60,236 nt of DNA, filler included, from Sphacelaria rigidula (GCA_964200075.2; 6 parts of 6 records of this genome joined end to end with filler, not necessarily neighbours in it); one strand, 5' to 3'. Shown: positions 10,218 to 24,237, counted from the whole stretch's first letter. Notes: generated from the sequence alone by a model not told the origin. Translations and numbers: made by a program.

Positions 10218-13200
10218 CTGTGTGCAAACAGGCATCGCGCAGTCGTAACTTGTCCATTGCGGTGGGCAAGAGCAAGTACCAGGCGCAACGCACCATCCCC
10301 CATTCAAGCACTCCACATCGCACACAGGGATACGACACCCGTCATCCTGCGAATCCGAGTCCCCCCCGGACCACTCCGACGGGCAAGAGCAAACCCCGGG
10401 TGCGGTGCAATTCCCACCGTTCCCGCAGGTTTGCGGGCACACCGGTACCGTGCAGTTGGGCCCGAACCACCCGCCCGCGCAATCGCATGTGTCGGGTGCT
10501 GCGCAGCTGCCGTCGTTTTGACAATCTTGAACGCAGAGGGGGATAGTACACGTCGGAGCGCCAGTGTATCCTGGAATGCATCCGCACTCGTCTGGTCCGA
10601 CGCATACCTGTATTATTTTTTCGGCAACGGTGGGTCGAGCGGTGACAAATACTGTAGCACGACCGCCGGGTGCACCCGACTCCTGCCTCTGTGAGATCGG
10701 CCCTTGCCGCCAGCTATGTGCCAAAACTCGTAACATTGCCTATGGAAAGTAGGTACGTGAGTACACCTTCTCACGCTTCCTCTGCGCTCCGCCGTCAAGG
10801 ATGAACGGTCAGCCGTCTAATACTTCAGACACCTGGAATATAGGAGCGCCTGTACGCTCCCCCATCCCCTCTGTATGTCCACCTCCCTCTCTGCCTCAGT
10901 CTGGTCTCCGCCTCTCCCTTTCTCTTTACATGCATATATTGCATCGAAAACGACCCCCCGCCCTCCCTCTGCCTTTTTCTCCGTCCCTCACATTCTCCTG
11001 TCCACATACTAATCCGTCCTCCCGCGAAAGTATGGAGTAAGATCAAGATTTTTTCCGGGCGGTACCTTACCTCACGCTGACCGCATAATCCCTCCGCGCA
11101 AGACGGAATAGAACAGTCGTAGCCCGTCCAGCCTGATGGACACTGGCAGTTATCAGATCCCGTGCAGTTGCCGTTGTTTTCGCAAACGAACGAGCACACT
11201 GCCGAAATAGCGCGAATCGCGTGATTCCCAGCGTCCGCAACGTAGAGGAACACCTGTCGGAAGGATCGCCAGCGAGTCCATAACGCGTCAAGTGCGTGCG
11301 TCTTATATTTATCTATATTCTTCGTCGCTCGGTACACGATGCTTACCGACTCGCAAAAATACAGCTGGAAGAGAAAACGAACGGTATTCAATATCCCACG
11401 GGATATGAACGAGTGTCGCGAGGTGATCGCAGGGCGAAAAAGATTCAGGGAACCCCGGTAGATATTGCCTCCACCGGTACCGGATCGGTTGCACGTATCC
11501 AAGAATATTGTCTGGCCTCAACATCTGCGCGCTGCGGCCCGAAAAGCATCGCAATTTTAATGCACAGTTTCAAACAAGTACAGACAATAGACACGAAGAC
11601 GCACGTACGTTCCAACGCAACCAAAACAAATCCACGAGGACAATGGGGCAACACTTGACATCCTTTCACTTCATCAGTTAGATTTCCCCAGCGCCAGGCA
11701 TCGATGCCCGCGGGTCTCCCGAACACCGCCTCCTGCGGCGGCTGCCCGTCCACCGCATCTCCACACCCTTCCCCTAGCGCCCCCGCAGGCGCCCCAGCCA
11801 CGGTCTGAATGGTAACTTCCGCTCTAGATGCAAGTTCCAAGGCGAAACCCCTTCCCCATTCAGCAGGTGCATCACCCGCTGTAACATTATTGGCAACTGT
11901 CCCCGCGCGGGCGGTGGCGGTCGCGTTCCCGGGCAGCAATCTTGCCACCACAACAACCGCCGATTCGGATTGGCCGGATATTTTTAGTGCATGGGATTCC
12001 AAAACCTCGGCCGTCAGTACTCCCGCATGCACCGCGGCCATGCACACTGCAGAGTCGTCGGTATAGAACTCTGACGAGCCACGAACTCTCCCCCCTCCGA
12101 GCCCGCCAACAATCCCCGCAGCGCTCCAGGCGGCAGCGACGTCAATACAGGAGGTGGGACAAGCGAGGCGAACTGTGGTGTCTATACCAGTGTCCTCAAG
12201 GACGTCTCTTAGTCCATCGTCAACGACTAAGGTGTCACGCGTGTCGTTCGCACGATCTAACCGGTCTGGCGGCGGAAACCCGACACACTGACGCACAACT
12301 CTACCCGCAACGGACCCGGAATCTTCGCCGTACCCGCCGGATAACTCGGCGGCTGCCGCCGCGGCAACAGCCAGGGCCGAATCCCCGGCAATAGTCGAGT
12401 TGCCGCCGCTTTCTTGTACCGTAGTTGCTGTCAGGTTACGCCAGGCGTTGTACCAGATGTTTCCAGAAAGGGGAGACACCGTTAGGCCATCCCCACCTCG
12501 GGGAGGGTTATAGGAGGAACACCCCGATGGTCGGAGTAGCTCTACGAGGCTGGTGTTGCAGGTGCCGGGGGCAGCGGCAAAGTTTATCGTAGGGGCGACC
12601 CGGCGGAGCCGGCATGAGGCCGTGTCTGAGATGTAGGCGGCTCCGTCTGATGTTGACGCTATACCTGATGGCCTCGAGAAACGCGCCTGCGTTTGTTCGT
12701 TTTGCCGGGTTTCGGAACGGTGGAGACGCCATAAATGCGGCTTCGCCAACAGGCGAACACACACACACAATGAAGAACAATACGTATCCCACGACGCGGG
12801 TAGATAATGGTGCATATCATATACTACATTTTCTGGAGAAGGATGATCACAGACGTGGACCAAAAAAATTCCTACATATGTGGCAAAGCACAGGGTAGGG
12901 TATCTGTCGTGCGCACCAAATGCCCGAAACCCTTCACTTTCAAATCACGAGTGATACTCAACGCTTTGAAGAAACTTCGAGCGACAATTCACACAGCGTA
13001 CTCTTAGGACTCGCAGGCCAGACGTGTGGAGAAGAACATCGATACACGAACCGTTACGGGAAGGACCAGTATGACGTTTCGGAATTGATTGTCATCTGCC
13101 GTGATGCTCTTCCCTCTCGACAAAATAACGCGGTGTTCTAGCAGCAAATACTGCCTGGCAGTTTGGTGTAAACCTTTTATATCGTGCATGAGGGGCAAAG

Positions 13201-16200
13201 CTCTGCGGGACCGCCCACCAAAACGCATAAGGGTGAAAATACACAGCACGGGAACGGTCGTTTCGTGAGAACTGGTCATTAATGGGTTTCAAGTCGAGTG
13301 TAGTGTAGGCCCGAGTACTAGGGGTGCTCAGAGGTGGAAATAAATCGATGCAGAGTACCAGGTGAGTCGTCCGTATACCCCCGTAGAATCAGGCATACCA
13401 CACCAGCAGGTTAACTCACGATCCCCGTCTGCCATACGCTAATCGAGTGCCGTTACTTCTAACTTCTTTTCATCACCTCTGGACCCGTCCCGTCTGTCTC
13501 TCCCGCCCCCGCGTCACCCGCGATAGTCGAAACTCTGCCATCAAAACCCACGCCAAGCACCGTGGTTGGGTCCTCCGGAATAGAGATCCGTCTTATGCTG
13601 TTGATATCGGCTACAAGCAGAGTATCGTTCGCTCCCAGAGACACGTCGGCCGGATAGTTGAACCTGGATCAGAAACAACACGTGAATCATCAAGCACAAC
13701 TTCATACAAGTTGTTCATGCCTTGCATCAGCTTAGCGGATTAAAGCAACAGCGTCTGCTGACCAAGCTGTTGACTCCCTGCGCACCCGGCATTTCCGACA
13801 AAGTAGATTTCGTAAAATCGTGTATCTGTCGCGCGTACCCTTCCCTCCGTGACAACGACTCTTCTCGTAGAACGATCTAATGGCATCCCTCAACTGCAGC
13901 AGCAGCTATTGAACGTAGCCGAGGTTTTTGCCCGATTGTCGGCACGCGACGACTCGAAGATGTATATTAAAAAAATGCGTGACAGGAAACGGCCGAGATT
14001 CCTCTGTTGAAACAATGCCAAGCTAGAGACCACACCTCCCCCACAAATCTGAAATCTTGAGCGCACCAGTAGACACCATTCTCAACCTGAGAGCAAGTGG
14101 AGAAGCCAATCCATCATTTCTCCAACCCTGCTTATATATTTGGCAAACTTCCTGATATCCTGACGGCGTCTCACCTGGCTTCCGTGAGATTCCCATCAAC
14201 GTGGCCGGCCACACCCTTCATACATGGCGGTGGGCAGCTCTCTTCTCCGCCCGAATTCAGCGTCGCCCCTTCTAGTCCACCCGCCAAGGTAAACACGCTG
14301 GAGTTGGTCAAAACCATCCGTATCTGCACGGCCCGAACGGCGGTTGAAGTTCCCGCCATGAGCGACGGGGCGCGCAGTCAAGTACTTGTTCAATCCGGCG
14401 GCTTCCCGTTCTGACCACATCATTTGTTGCCTCCGACGCATGTGCGGGTACGTCGCCATCGATCCGACGGAATTCTTGCTTTGTTATCCGACACGTGGTC
14501 CATTTTTTCTCGGTTTAGTCACAACGTGCTGTCTGAAAATACTGCCATACCGATAGAACACGGGAGATGCTGCGATGAAGCTGGCATAGCTACGAGGTGT
14601 AACGGAACAACAAAGTCATTTTTTATGCTCGATCTTCACCAGGTGATTGTTGGTGTCCGCCACAAAGAGCGTTCCGTTTACCCCGGCGACTAGCCCCGAC
14701 GGTCCGTCGAATCTCGCCACCGCACCGTCCCCATCCGCAAATCCTGCCTGGGGTGTAGCTAGCTCCTTCGATCGTGTCCAGCTCTCGGTACCGTTTCCAC
14801 ATCTACAGAACCAAGAAGCAATCACAATGGACCACACAGAAGCTGGAAAATAGGGAGCTTCATCGGCTATTTTTCACTACATAATGACAGCGCCCGTGCA
14901 CAGCAGCTTCATCGGAACCGGCCATGTCCTAAGGACATTCAGGACGGTAATAACGCGAAAATACTGGTAAAACCAACGAGTCATGCTGGGTGGATACTTG
15001 ACACGGGAAGTCTTCTTCCGGCGAGTTTCTGAGTGCAAGAAACAGATAGCCCGTACCTTGCCGTAGTCATGGCATGGTTGTGCGTTGGTGACTGCATTTC
15101 GGCACGACTAATTGTAGCGATCGTATGCCGACACCAACTTGTTTCTCCGTCACACTTTTCAACCTCGGCTCTTTCTCGGAGCGAGTCCGTGGCCTCATAA
15201 GGTACGAACCCCTCTCTGCCCCGGCACACACCTCATATTTCGCGTTCGTGGATATGGATCAGGACCAGCACTTCCTCAACTCGTCAACTCTCGTCGGGCA
15301 AACTCTTCATGCCATTAACGTTCTCGCGTTTTCAACGGTGGAAACAAGATACTTCGGAGAAAAAAAAAGCCCCGAATGCACCCGCCCGGAATCGAAACGG
15401 CACTCTCCCGACCTGGTGTCTGAAGCTGTACCAATCATAGCCCACCGGGGTGCGGCGGCCTCACCCACAGGTCGGACAACATGTGGTATTTTCAAAGAAG
15501 CAGCATGGCAACACCGCTTAAGTTGGTGTGCTATCGCTACCTTGAACATCTCACCTCCCTGCGTGGCAAGACACGGTACCGTTTCCCCCGGCGACATCAC
15601 CCGAGATTTTCCTCACGCGGTGGTTGTTTGTGTCGGACACGAAGAGAACGAGACCTACCCAAAAATCGGTAGCAAGAAGATACACAGCATTATTAGAAGA
15701 GCACTCAGAGTTTTCTTTTAGCTGTCGTTGATACCCAGTAGTATGTATTTTCTCCGATGGTTTGGAATATCCTGCGCCTCACTGTCGCTGCTGTAGCCCG
15801 AATCAACATAGTTACGCTCGAACCGTGATTGCACGCATCCGTCATGAGCGAGTCTAAAAATTAAGAACGGTCAGACTGCAATCGTAGTTAGAAATTTTGG
15901 TGCCCAACACTCAATTTTGCTCTCGCACACCATTCTCGTGTTTCTCGCGTGCAGTCCCGTGTTCTTTTGAGATGTCGTACCTCATCGATAATTCTTGGCG
16001 TTCTGACACCCGAACTCACCGTCAGACTCATCATAGTAGAGCGTGATTCCACCAGGAAAAGAAAACGATGCTTCTGTCGCAAGGCCGTCATCTGATCCCT
16101 CCTCTCCGTTTCCTGCCACCGTAGTCACAACGCCCTGCAGAATGGAAGCAAACACCATGATTTGCACGAAGAAAAATCTCAGTAGATGGCATGATATAGG

Positions 16201-19200
16201 CGTGGTTATCCATGGGAGAAGAAGACTGTCCGGGTATGTTCATGATGTGATTTTAACTGGGGTAATTTGCATCTGGGACGCAGCACGCCACCTTCAAAAT
16301 TATGGCATCATCGAATTCTGGAGTTACATCCGGTGAAAAAAAAGTGAAAAATGTTCAAAATGACCAAGTAACCTGAATTCGAGGTGATGGAACACGCAGC
16401 TATGAAATCCAAAATGGGATTCGCAGCACTTCTCCCACCTCAGGTGTAATGAGACGAATGCGGTGATTTCCGGTATCAGCCACGTAGACGTTGGCGTCTG
16501 CATCCACGGCGATATCCTGCAACGAGTCAGCAAGCCGGGGAGACAACAAACGCATCACAAAAAACGGAGGGGCGGCGGCGCCTTTGCTAGTCGATCCTGT
16601 GCTCGATTTAACAACGACCACCGTCTTTCCTTGAGCGAGGGTTTCAGTTTGGCCTTTCTTGGGTACGTCTATCATGCGACAACGGCTGGACCCCTTGGGG
16701 GTCAGTTAAAGTGCGACGAATCGATCAATCAAACAAACCGCATCGAATGGCTCCCGACACCCGTCATCATCTGCGTAGTAGACACGGGAGAAAAAGTAGA
16801 ATCGATCAGAAGCAAATTACTTCCGACGCACAGGAATTACCTGTAACGCAAGGGTCGAATGGCGCTGACACGTCCTGGTGGACATGTACAGCTCAACAAA
16901 CTCGAGGACACTTGCGCAAACCTGTGGACCTCGAAAAAGCGCCGACGTGCCGCTCCCGTCGGCATACCCCGCTGCCCCGCCCCCTCCCGCCACGGTGAAC
17001 ACGTAGCCCTGAGGGTTGAATGCTGGCTTTGGTTCCAGCGGGCCGTACGATATGTTGGCGCCCTGAAGGAGCCACACGAAGAAGTGTGAATTTTTCGAAA
17101 TCAGCAGTCCCGGTTTCAATCGGATCTTAATAGCGGATTGGTATTAATTTGCGTGGTTTTTTGTAGCACCAGTGCACCTTTGGATTCCCAGCTCGGTAAT
17201 CGGGAAGCGAGGCAGTTTGAATGCCCTGACGACTTCCAGGTCATTCCCGATCTTGCAACCGGTGAGCCGCTCAACGGTCGGTCTCGGGTTTGTCCCTGCC
17301 CCAGGACAATATTCTCCCGTCCCTCAGCAACAACAAAGCTCTTAATCCCTGGGTTATTAAACCGCAGTATCAGCTTGCCAGTAACGGTCGGCTCCTCAAG
17401 CTAGAATGAAAATGGTAAAGAACTCCAGTCCGGGGTAAGGGATGGCACGGAAGTAATTCCACCTCCCTGTGTCGTTGGACGACTCTGCGGGCAATGTACG
17501 AACAAGTATTGCTGATTGAGTATAAAACAGCAACTTCCTGATCGCGCTGCCTTATGTATGCTTCTCACCTTGGGGTATTCCCATGCAACCGTTGGCATAT
17601 GCCTGATGCTGTCGTCCACCCTGGCACTACCGATACGAGCGCGCACGATGCAGCATGGGATACGTACTATCAGTTAAAGTTGTGCATGCTGAAATCTAAA
17701 GTGCCGCAAGGGATCATGCTCTCGAGGTGATACCCTACGCTCGAGTGTGTACCTTCAACTACCTCGACGATTCGTTAAACGAGAGGCAATGTGCCATGAC
17801 TCTACAGATCCACGCATGACTCTACAGATCCACGAAAGCGGGAGCGAAACTTGATCCCTTGAAACTCCCGTGCAAAATGATGAGATCATCGCATTATTTT
17901 CCCCCCAAGATGGAACAGCTTTGATGTTATTATAGCAGCAAATATAAGACGTCGGCGAGTGATTAACCTCCTGAATGGAAACACATGAACTGTACCTACA
18001 CGCGCAGGTAATGTTCGCCGGAACATCGCATAGACCTGCCCTGAGTGCTGCGATTACACCACCTTACAGACCATCATAATACTATGTCATTCTACTCACC
18101 CTTCTGCTTCGAGATGTTGTACCACGGAAGCGTCGGACCCCGAAAACGAGCTACCCCAGCACCGCACCGTGCAGTTCGAGTAGTCTTCGCCTGCATTTAC
18201 AAACAGAATATCCAAGTTCATAGCTTGCTCGCAATTATATGCGCCCGCGATGTCGCGCGAAAGAACAGCCCTCGAGCCGCAGGGGCTTTAGTCTGTGGTG
18301 CCAAAAAGAGTGCTAAAATCGTCGCAGTTTGGTCTAAATACGACCCGACCCAGTACACTTGGTTCCTCTTCATCACGGGGCTAAGGTCGCCGAGACACAC
18401 GCAATGAATGCTTCGCCGCAAATTCCGCGTGTCAACGTAACGGACACTCGTTTGGCAGATGTAGAAATCATGTCGATTAAGCAAATGGATTTCCTTCGCG
18501 CATGCGAGTTGCCGGTCGCCCCCTGTGACTTAGTGGGTAACATTGAATCCTTCTGACGGTTGGGCCGTGCGTTCAGATCTTGGTGCAGTCACACGATCTG
18601 GAATTTTTTCTCACAGCGTGCCCAACAGTGCAGGGCGACTATGTCTTGGGTACACAAAACTCGATTTGACGGTCGACTAGGAAAAAGGACCGCTGACCCC
18701 CTCTCGCAATAAAAAAAAAAAAAACGCAAGCACCGCAGTAGGAAGGTGGAGTACTAAAAACAGAATAAAAAATAATAACTCCTGCGTCGGCCTTCCTCCT
18801 GTGTGACCCCGGCTGATGCGCTCACATATATCGAAAGGTGTAGACTGGCCTCCAGAGCAGATGGGATGACAACACACAACGCACACACCAGGGGATGACT
18901 ATTTCGTTCGCTACCGTCGGGTCCTCGGGTTTATGTAGGGGGGGGGGGGGGGGGGGGGGCAAAAAACGCTGCTTTACCCAATCCAACGTCCACTACCAGT
19001 TTACCCCNNNNNNNNNNAGAAAATTCACCCCCCATGCGTCTAGGATTTGAAGCGGGAGGAGGGGGGGGGGGGGGGGGGATCAAAGCACGTGCTTCACACT
19101 TACCAAATGGCTCTAAGCATGTATCACCGCTGAGCATGAGGCAAACGCGGGAGACGGAGGAGTTGCCGAAGTCGTTGCGGTGCCGACCTCCGACCGCCCA

Positions 19201-19251
19201 CGGAGTATCGCTGACTGTCGGCACGTTCGTTGACAAGAAGGTTGCGTTCAC
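10218..19251 (-). CDS. Partial spliced gene: NHL-repeat beta-propeller + LCCL domain + tandem EGF-like repeats (probably extracellular or cell-surface)
   Basis: Phase-consistent GT-AG exons: 17062-16922 (VFTVAGGGGAAGYADGSGTSALFRGPQ), 16516-16439 (DIAVDADANVYVADTGNHRIR), 16134-16020, 15654-15555 (LFVSDTNNHRVRKI), 14802-14640 (GFADGDGAVARFDGPSGL..LFVADTNNHL), 14323-14175, 13663-13477, 12686-11670 (includes LCCL CPTSC..VRGSSEFYTDDSAVCMAAVHAGVL), 11253-11071 (last NHL + CENNGNCTGSDNCQCPSGWTGYDC), 10607-10218 (about 4 EGF repeats). Candidate 5' exons at 19251-19104 and 18190-17180 are not fully resolved. Both gene ends lie outside the contig. Confidence 0.9.
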
Positions 19252-19761
19252 CTGCGCACGGTCCCGAAGCATCGGCGAAATCACGGTCATCAATCGATCG
19301 AGTGGTGATTGATTGTCGCACCTTCACTGATCCGCTGCGAATCCAGCAGTGGTTACGACACAGGCGAGCCCGAGAAAAAATAAGGCAAACATACGCCAGG
19401 GGAAACTTGAGAAAGGGGACATGACATGAAGAAAAAAGAGAGGGGAACCCAAGTAAACTGCGAACGGAAAAAAGTGGGGGGGAAAGTCAAGGGAAGGGGA
19501 GAAAGAGAGAAAAGAAAATAAAACATCAGACTGGGATCCAGTACAGATCTCGAGGGAACAAAACAAAACGCAGGCTCCCGCTACATGACTCCAGGTAAGG
19601 GGGTTGCACAAGAACGAAACAAAAACAGAACACATCAAGGTCGTAAGAGCGAAGCACACAAACAAATACGGTATGAAAAAAAATCGTCTAAAGGAACAAA
19701 GACCACAAAGAAGGGCGGAAGGAGAAGATGAGGGAGGGAGAGAGTGGGCGGGAGGGGGGGC

Positions 19762-20014
19762 GTACTCATTTGTTGCTTGCCCTAGTCGTTCGACCATTGA
19801 CCACGCATCCCTTTCGAAACGGACCACCGTCCCTACTCCTAATATAGACACCTCCAACATTCCGGTGCTCATTATGTTTCTTCCGTAGCTCACTACGTTT
19901 CTTCCATACATTGCACAAAACCCTTCTACATATCTTATCCCCGTCCTGTTTCGCCGTCTCTGGCCGCCATCTGTCTCCTAGTATAACCATTGTTTTCTCC
20001 CTTCTGTCTAATGC
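19762..20014 (-). mobile_element. 3' fragment of the same LINE family; other stubs at about 10058-10128, 32797-32856, 33033-33268, 38855-38985, 40022-40086 and 47942-47998
   Basis: All share tactcatttgttgcttgccttagtcgtttgaccattgaccacgcatccctttcgagacgg (minus strand [18 protein letters not shown]), matching the end of the LINE at about 3990-4230. Confidence 0.88.
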
Positions 20015-20545
20015 NNNNNNNNNNNNNNNNNNNNNNNNNNNNNNNNNNNNNNNNNNNNTTAATTAATTAANNNNNNNNNNNNNNNNNNNNNNNNNNNNNN
20101 NNNNNNNNNNNNNNCTGATTGACCGCTTTTCACTCTCAATCGTATCATCTACTCTCAATTTCACGAAAACACTGTTGAATATAGTGTTGTTGCCAAAAAC
20201 CGACTTTATGGCGAACTTTGTTCCGAAAACCAGGGGATAGACGATTTCATCCCTGCATTGTTTTTTTCTTCTCTCTTTTTTTCTTTAAAACAAACCACAC
20301 TATAATGTCATCAACACTTGTGCCAACGGAGAGGGTCTGAGACGTCTGAGGTCGCGAGAAAGCATCTGCTGCGTAAAGTGTACCGTTATTGAAACAGAGG
20401 GTGTTTTGGCCGCTTTTTTTACGTCAAAAGAGCGATACTCCACATCTTCTCCTGCAACTCGGTTTGATTTCATAATTTTAAATAGCTTGGGCGATAGAGG
20501 ATTGAATCGTCTCTCTCACGATACTCTGTGCATTGTTCGATGTGT

Positions 20546-20783
20546 GAGTGATGCTGCGATAGGGTCTGCGCTTTTGCGGCCTGAGAGGAAATCGGGATTT
20601 AGGCATGTCGAATCACCTTTGACTATCACCACAGTTCTTAGAGCCTCAGGGTGGAACATGCATCCATGACCCATGAGATAATTCCAGTCTGAGGTTCGGG
20701 CGGAGGTCACAATGTTTTTAGATATTGAATTTTCTCAGGCCGGTTTTGGCCCCAAAAGTGCAGACCCTATCGCAGCATCACTC
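20546..20783. mobile_element. MITE, GAG-terminal TIR family, perfect 4-bp TSD (GTGT)
   Basis: gtgt|GAGTGATGCTGCGATAGGGTCTGCGCTTTTG ... CAAAAGTGCAGACCCTATCGCAGCATCACTC|gtgt. Confidence 0.88.
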
Positions 20784-21954
20784 GTGTCGTGGTACCCACG
20801 AACCAGAGGTTTTCCCGTCAGGTGCCTTATGCCACTTTAATTGGCACGTTTACCTCCATCATGCCATGTATTTTGGACGCGCCAGTCTATACCTTTACAC
20901 CTTTAACAAGGTTTTTGTGAGATTGAGAGTGGGGTGCAGATTGAGAGTGGCGTTAATCATTCGCTGGCGTTGATCATTCGCTTCAACTTAGCCAATTTTT
21001 CATTCCATGGGTGCTTTTCTTCATCCCATGACTGTAATAATGTGCTTACAGCTACACGTTGATATCCTACTCAGGGGTATCGAGGGCCTCAGTGGCAAGC
21101 TACCACAGAGATAATATTGGGCCTGGTGGAGGTGCATTTTGGAACTGAAACGGCTTATTCACTAATTGGCCGCTTTCACTCTCAATCATACCTTCAACTC
21201 TCAAGTTCACGAAAACGTTATTCTTTCGGTGTATGTGAGCGCATCAGCCGGGGTCACACAGGGGGAAGGCGAGCACATACGAGTTCTTTTTTGCGCAATA
21301 TACAACAAAGGATACACCCTGATACTCTTGGAACAGAAAAGCGTAACCCATTTTTCGCTTTGGGGCGCGGCGCTGCACGCGGGCTGAAAACCTCGAAAAC
21401 ACGTTCCAGAGCCTCAATCCCAAGGTGTCTGGGCAGCATAGCCGCCCATTTTTTTTCATCTTCACTAGTGTCACCGGGCTGAACTACGGCGCCGAAAACG
21501 AGAGCCTGTGAGAGTACTCTTTTTTGTAAGCAAAACAGGAGGGTACACCCTGCCCCCTGCTGAAAAATATACTCGGTATATATTACCCTTTTTTGTTCTA
21601 CTGCTGACCCTTTTCGTGACGTGGTGACCGTACCACCTTCTCAGCACAAGATACGCCGAGCACTCTCAACCATAGCTATTTTCGGTAAAATCACACCCCA
21701 CGAAAAAGGCCGAAAGCCAGGGAGCAGGAGAGTGTATCACCCCTGCTGATTGGCCCGAAGACCAGAAAAATCCAACGATCGACGCATACAGATTACTCAT
21801 CAGTGGCTCCTAGAAAATGGGGCTCATACAAAATATGGGGTTNNNNNNNNNGGGTTGAAGTCGCATTTCTCTTTTGCAGGGAAGACGCGAAACACCTGCG
21901 ACCGAACGAAGCCATCTTCTCCCCCAAATATCCATAGCAGTTGAGCAGCTGCGG

Positions 21955-22950
21955 CTAGGTGCACCTAACGAATGCGGTGTACTCGCGTGTCGATGACGAT
22001 ATCATCAGAGAGAGAAGCAACGACAGAGAGGAAAATCCTCGCTCGTGTCCTTCGTGTGTCCTCGCTCGGCGATTACCGATCGCTTGGGAAACTGGAATCA
22101 TCGATGTTAGTATACCAGCATGTGCCAAATTTCATGTGCCAGAACATCGACGTGCGGAGAGATCCCGTCGTCTCTTCTTGCCTTTCGAGCTCACGAATGC
22201 GAAGATCGAATCCTCTCTGCCTCTCCTTTTGGACAGGACGCGCCTCTGTGCGCTGAAAAACATGTCGTTAAAAAGTAGGGCAATGTTCCCGTCACGGCTA
22301 CTGCTGTTCTCTGTCACACACATGCCAGCAAGGACGGTGCTGCGACAATAACAGATGTATCCAATTTGAATTCAGGGGGTGTTATTCATCGTTGATTTTC
22401 GCCGACCTCCTCCAGCCGGGCGCCCGAGCAGAAGGGCCTGCCACACACCAGTTGAGGGGGGTGTATGAGAGATCAAACACCTGTGGAGACCTTTTTGACA
22501 TGCGGAGTGAAAAAAGATACCTCTGGTGGTGACCTGACTGTTGCCAGCATGGTGCATAGGCAATCTGCAGCACACGGTGGTCGCGTGGACAGCTCGGTAC
22601 AGTAGGAGTAGCTTCCCACAAGAAATAATTCTTCCGATGTCAGGAGACCATGGATTATCACAACTTGGGAGGAGAGGCGAGAGTGCTCTACGATCAACCG
22701 CATGTCGTTGCATTCGAGACCCACGCCATCAACCGCCGACAGCAAGGGTCTTGTGGCTTTCACGCGACGCTGTCGGCGGTACGGCAGGCAAACCGGATCA
22801 TAGCTACCTTTCGTTGCTCTACCGCGCGTCCTCCCGTCTACTCGGAGGTGGCCACGGTAACAAACACCGGAGTCGCAACATCTGTGAAAGCTAGAGAGTT
22901 TCATTTTTATGAAGTTCATCAACACAATTCAAACGGCTCTCAAAACCTGA
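21955..22950. repeat. Unclassified interspersed repeat; diverged inverted copy at about 42400-43510
   Basis: ggtgcacctaacgaatgcggtgtactcgcgtgtcgatgacgatatc (21958) matches the reverse complement of 43465-43512. gggtgtatgagagatcaaacac (about 22460) matches the reverse complement of about 42960-42980. Confidence 0.75.
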
Positions 22951-23159
22951 GGGAAGTGGCCTCTTCGGGTCCAGTTAAACATCCGAGGATATCATCGAAC
23001 AACAACACCAAAAGTTTCGGGAATCGGCATCACCCAATCCTTGAACAACGGAACAGAAATCGACAAGTTACCGTTCGTATTAGAAAACAATCACCGGTGG
23101 ACACTCAGCTACACCCTATGGGGTGCCTGTCAAGGCGAACACCCTGTGGAGATCCTGTG

Positions 23160-23620
23160 ATGACCTTGTGCAGGGTATGGGACCCTGACAGGGTCGCTTG
23201 ACAGTACCTTGTCGGCACGAATACCTCGACAGGGTTTGACGGTAATACCTTATAAACTGGTAGACCTTGCGCAAGGTAGTGTGCCAATACCTCGCACCAA
23301 GGCTGACCTTGGCAGGGTGATACTCCAAACCCTGGACAAGTCTTCACCCTGGCAAGGTGATGTTACGATACCCTGTGCTAAGGTACACCTTGACAGGGTG
23401 ATGTTCCGATACCTTGTGCCGAGGCACACCTTGACAGGGTGATGTTTCCGTACCTTGTGCAAGGACACATGCTGGCAGGGTAATATTTTGATACCCTGTG
23501 CTAAGGTACACCTTGACAGGGTGATGTTTCCATCCCTTGTGCAAGAGCACATACTGGCAGGGTAATAATTCGATACCCTGGGCAAGCATCACGTTGGCAA
23601 GGTAATGTTTCGACACCTTG
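23160..23620. repeat. Minisatellite, about 39-bp unit x 11-12; related degenerate array at about 29700-29990
   Basis: Recurring ccttgacagggtgatgttccgataccttgtgc(c/t)aagg(c/t)aca. Confidence 0.85.
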
Positions 23621-24237
23621 TTATACACCACATACGCACGGGGTTTCGCAACAATCCACTGCACTGTAGTGCCAATCCAGGCGAGTACGCTGCACAGTAG
23701 CTTTTTCCAGTGCATATTGTACTCGATACAGAAGAGAACATGGCTGGTCAGTACACTGCGGGAAAAAATACTCTGGGTAAATGGTGAGGGCAAGAATCAA
23801 ACCAACGTACGAGGTATCTCGGGTTTTATTACGTAGGAGCTGACATTCCAACCAGCTACACACGTTCGTGACAAAATGCCCCGTGGAGGTTTTCTTGGCG
23901 CGTGTTCGGGCTGGCGCCAGTGGCGGTTAAGCCAAGAGAGCATATATGCCGCGCTAGAAGTGTAGACAGGAGATGGTGTTAGAATTGCCGCTTATCGTGG
24001 GCAAGGCAGTCCAGAAGAACCCACGGTCCAGAACGCGGTCGAGAAAGAAGCAAGAAGCAATGAAGGGAGGTTGCTGCTACGTCCCACCGTAGACCGAGCT
24101 TTCATAAGCAGTACCGGCGACCGGACTACTATCTACTGTAATACATGCACTGCTCTACTTGTCCGACGATCACATACACAACAACAGGTTACGAAGCCTT
24201 GAGTAAATGAGCTCCGAAGCGTGTTTTCCTAACAACG

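Noticed and set aside
23160..23620. CRISPR-like array
   Set aside because: Units are contiguous degenerate copies without unique spacers, there are no cas genes, and the context is eukaryotic.
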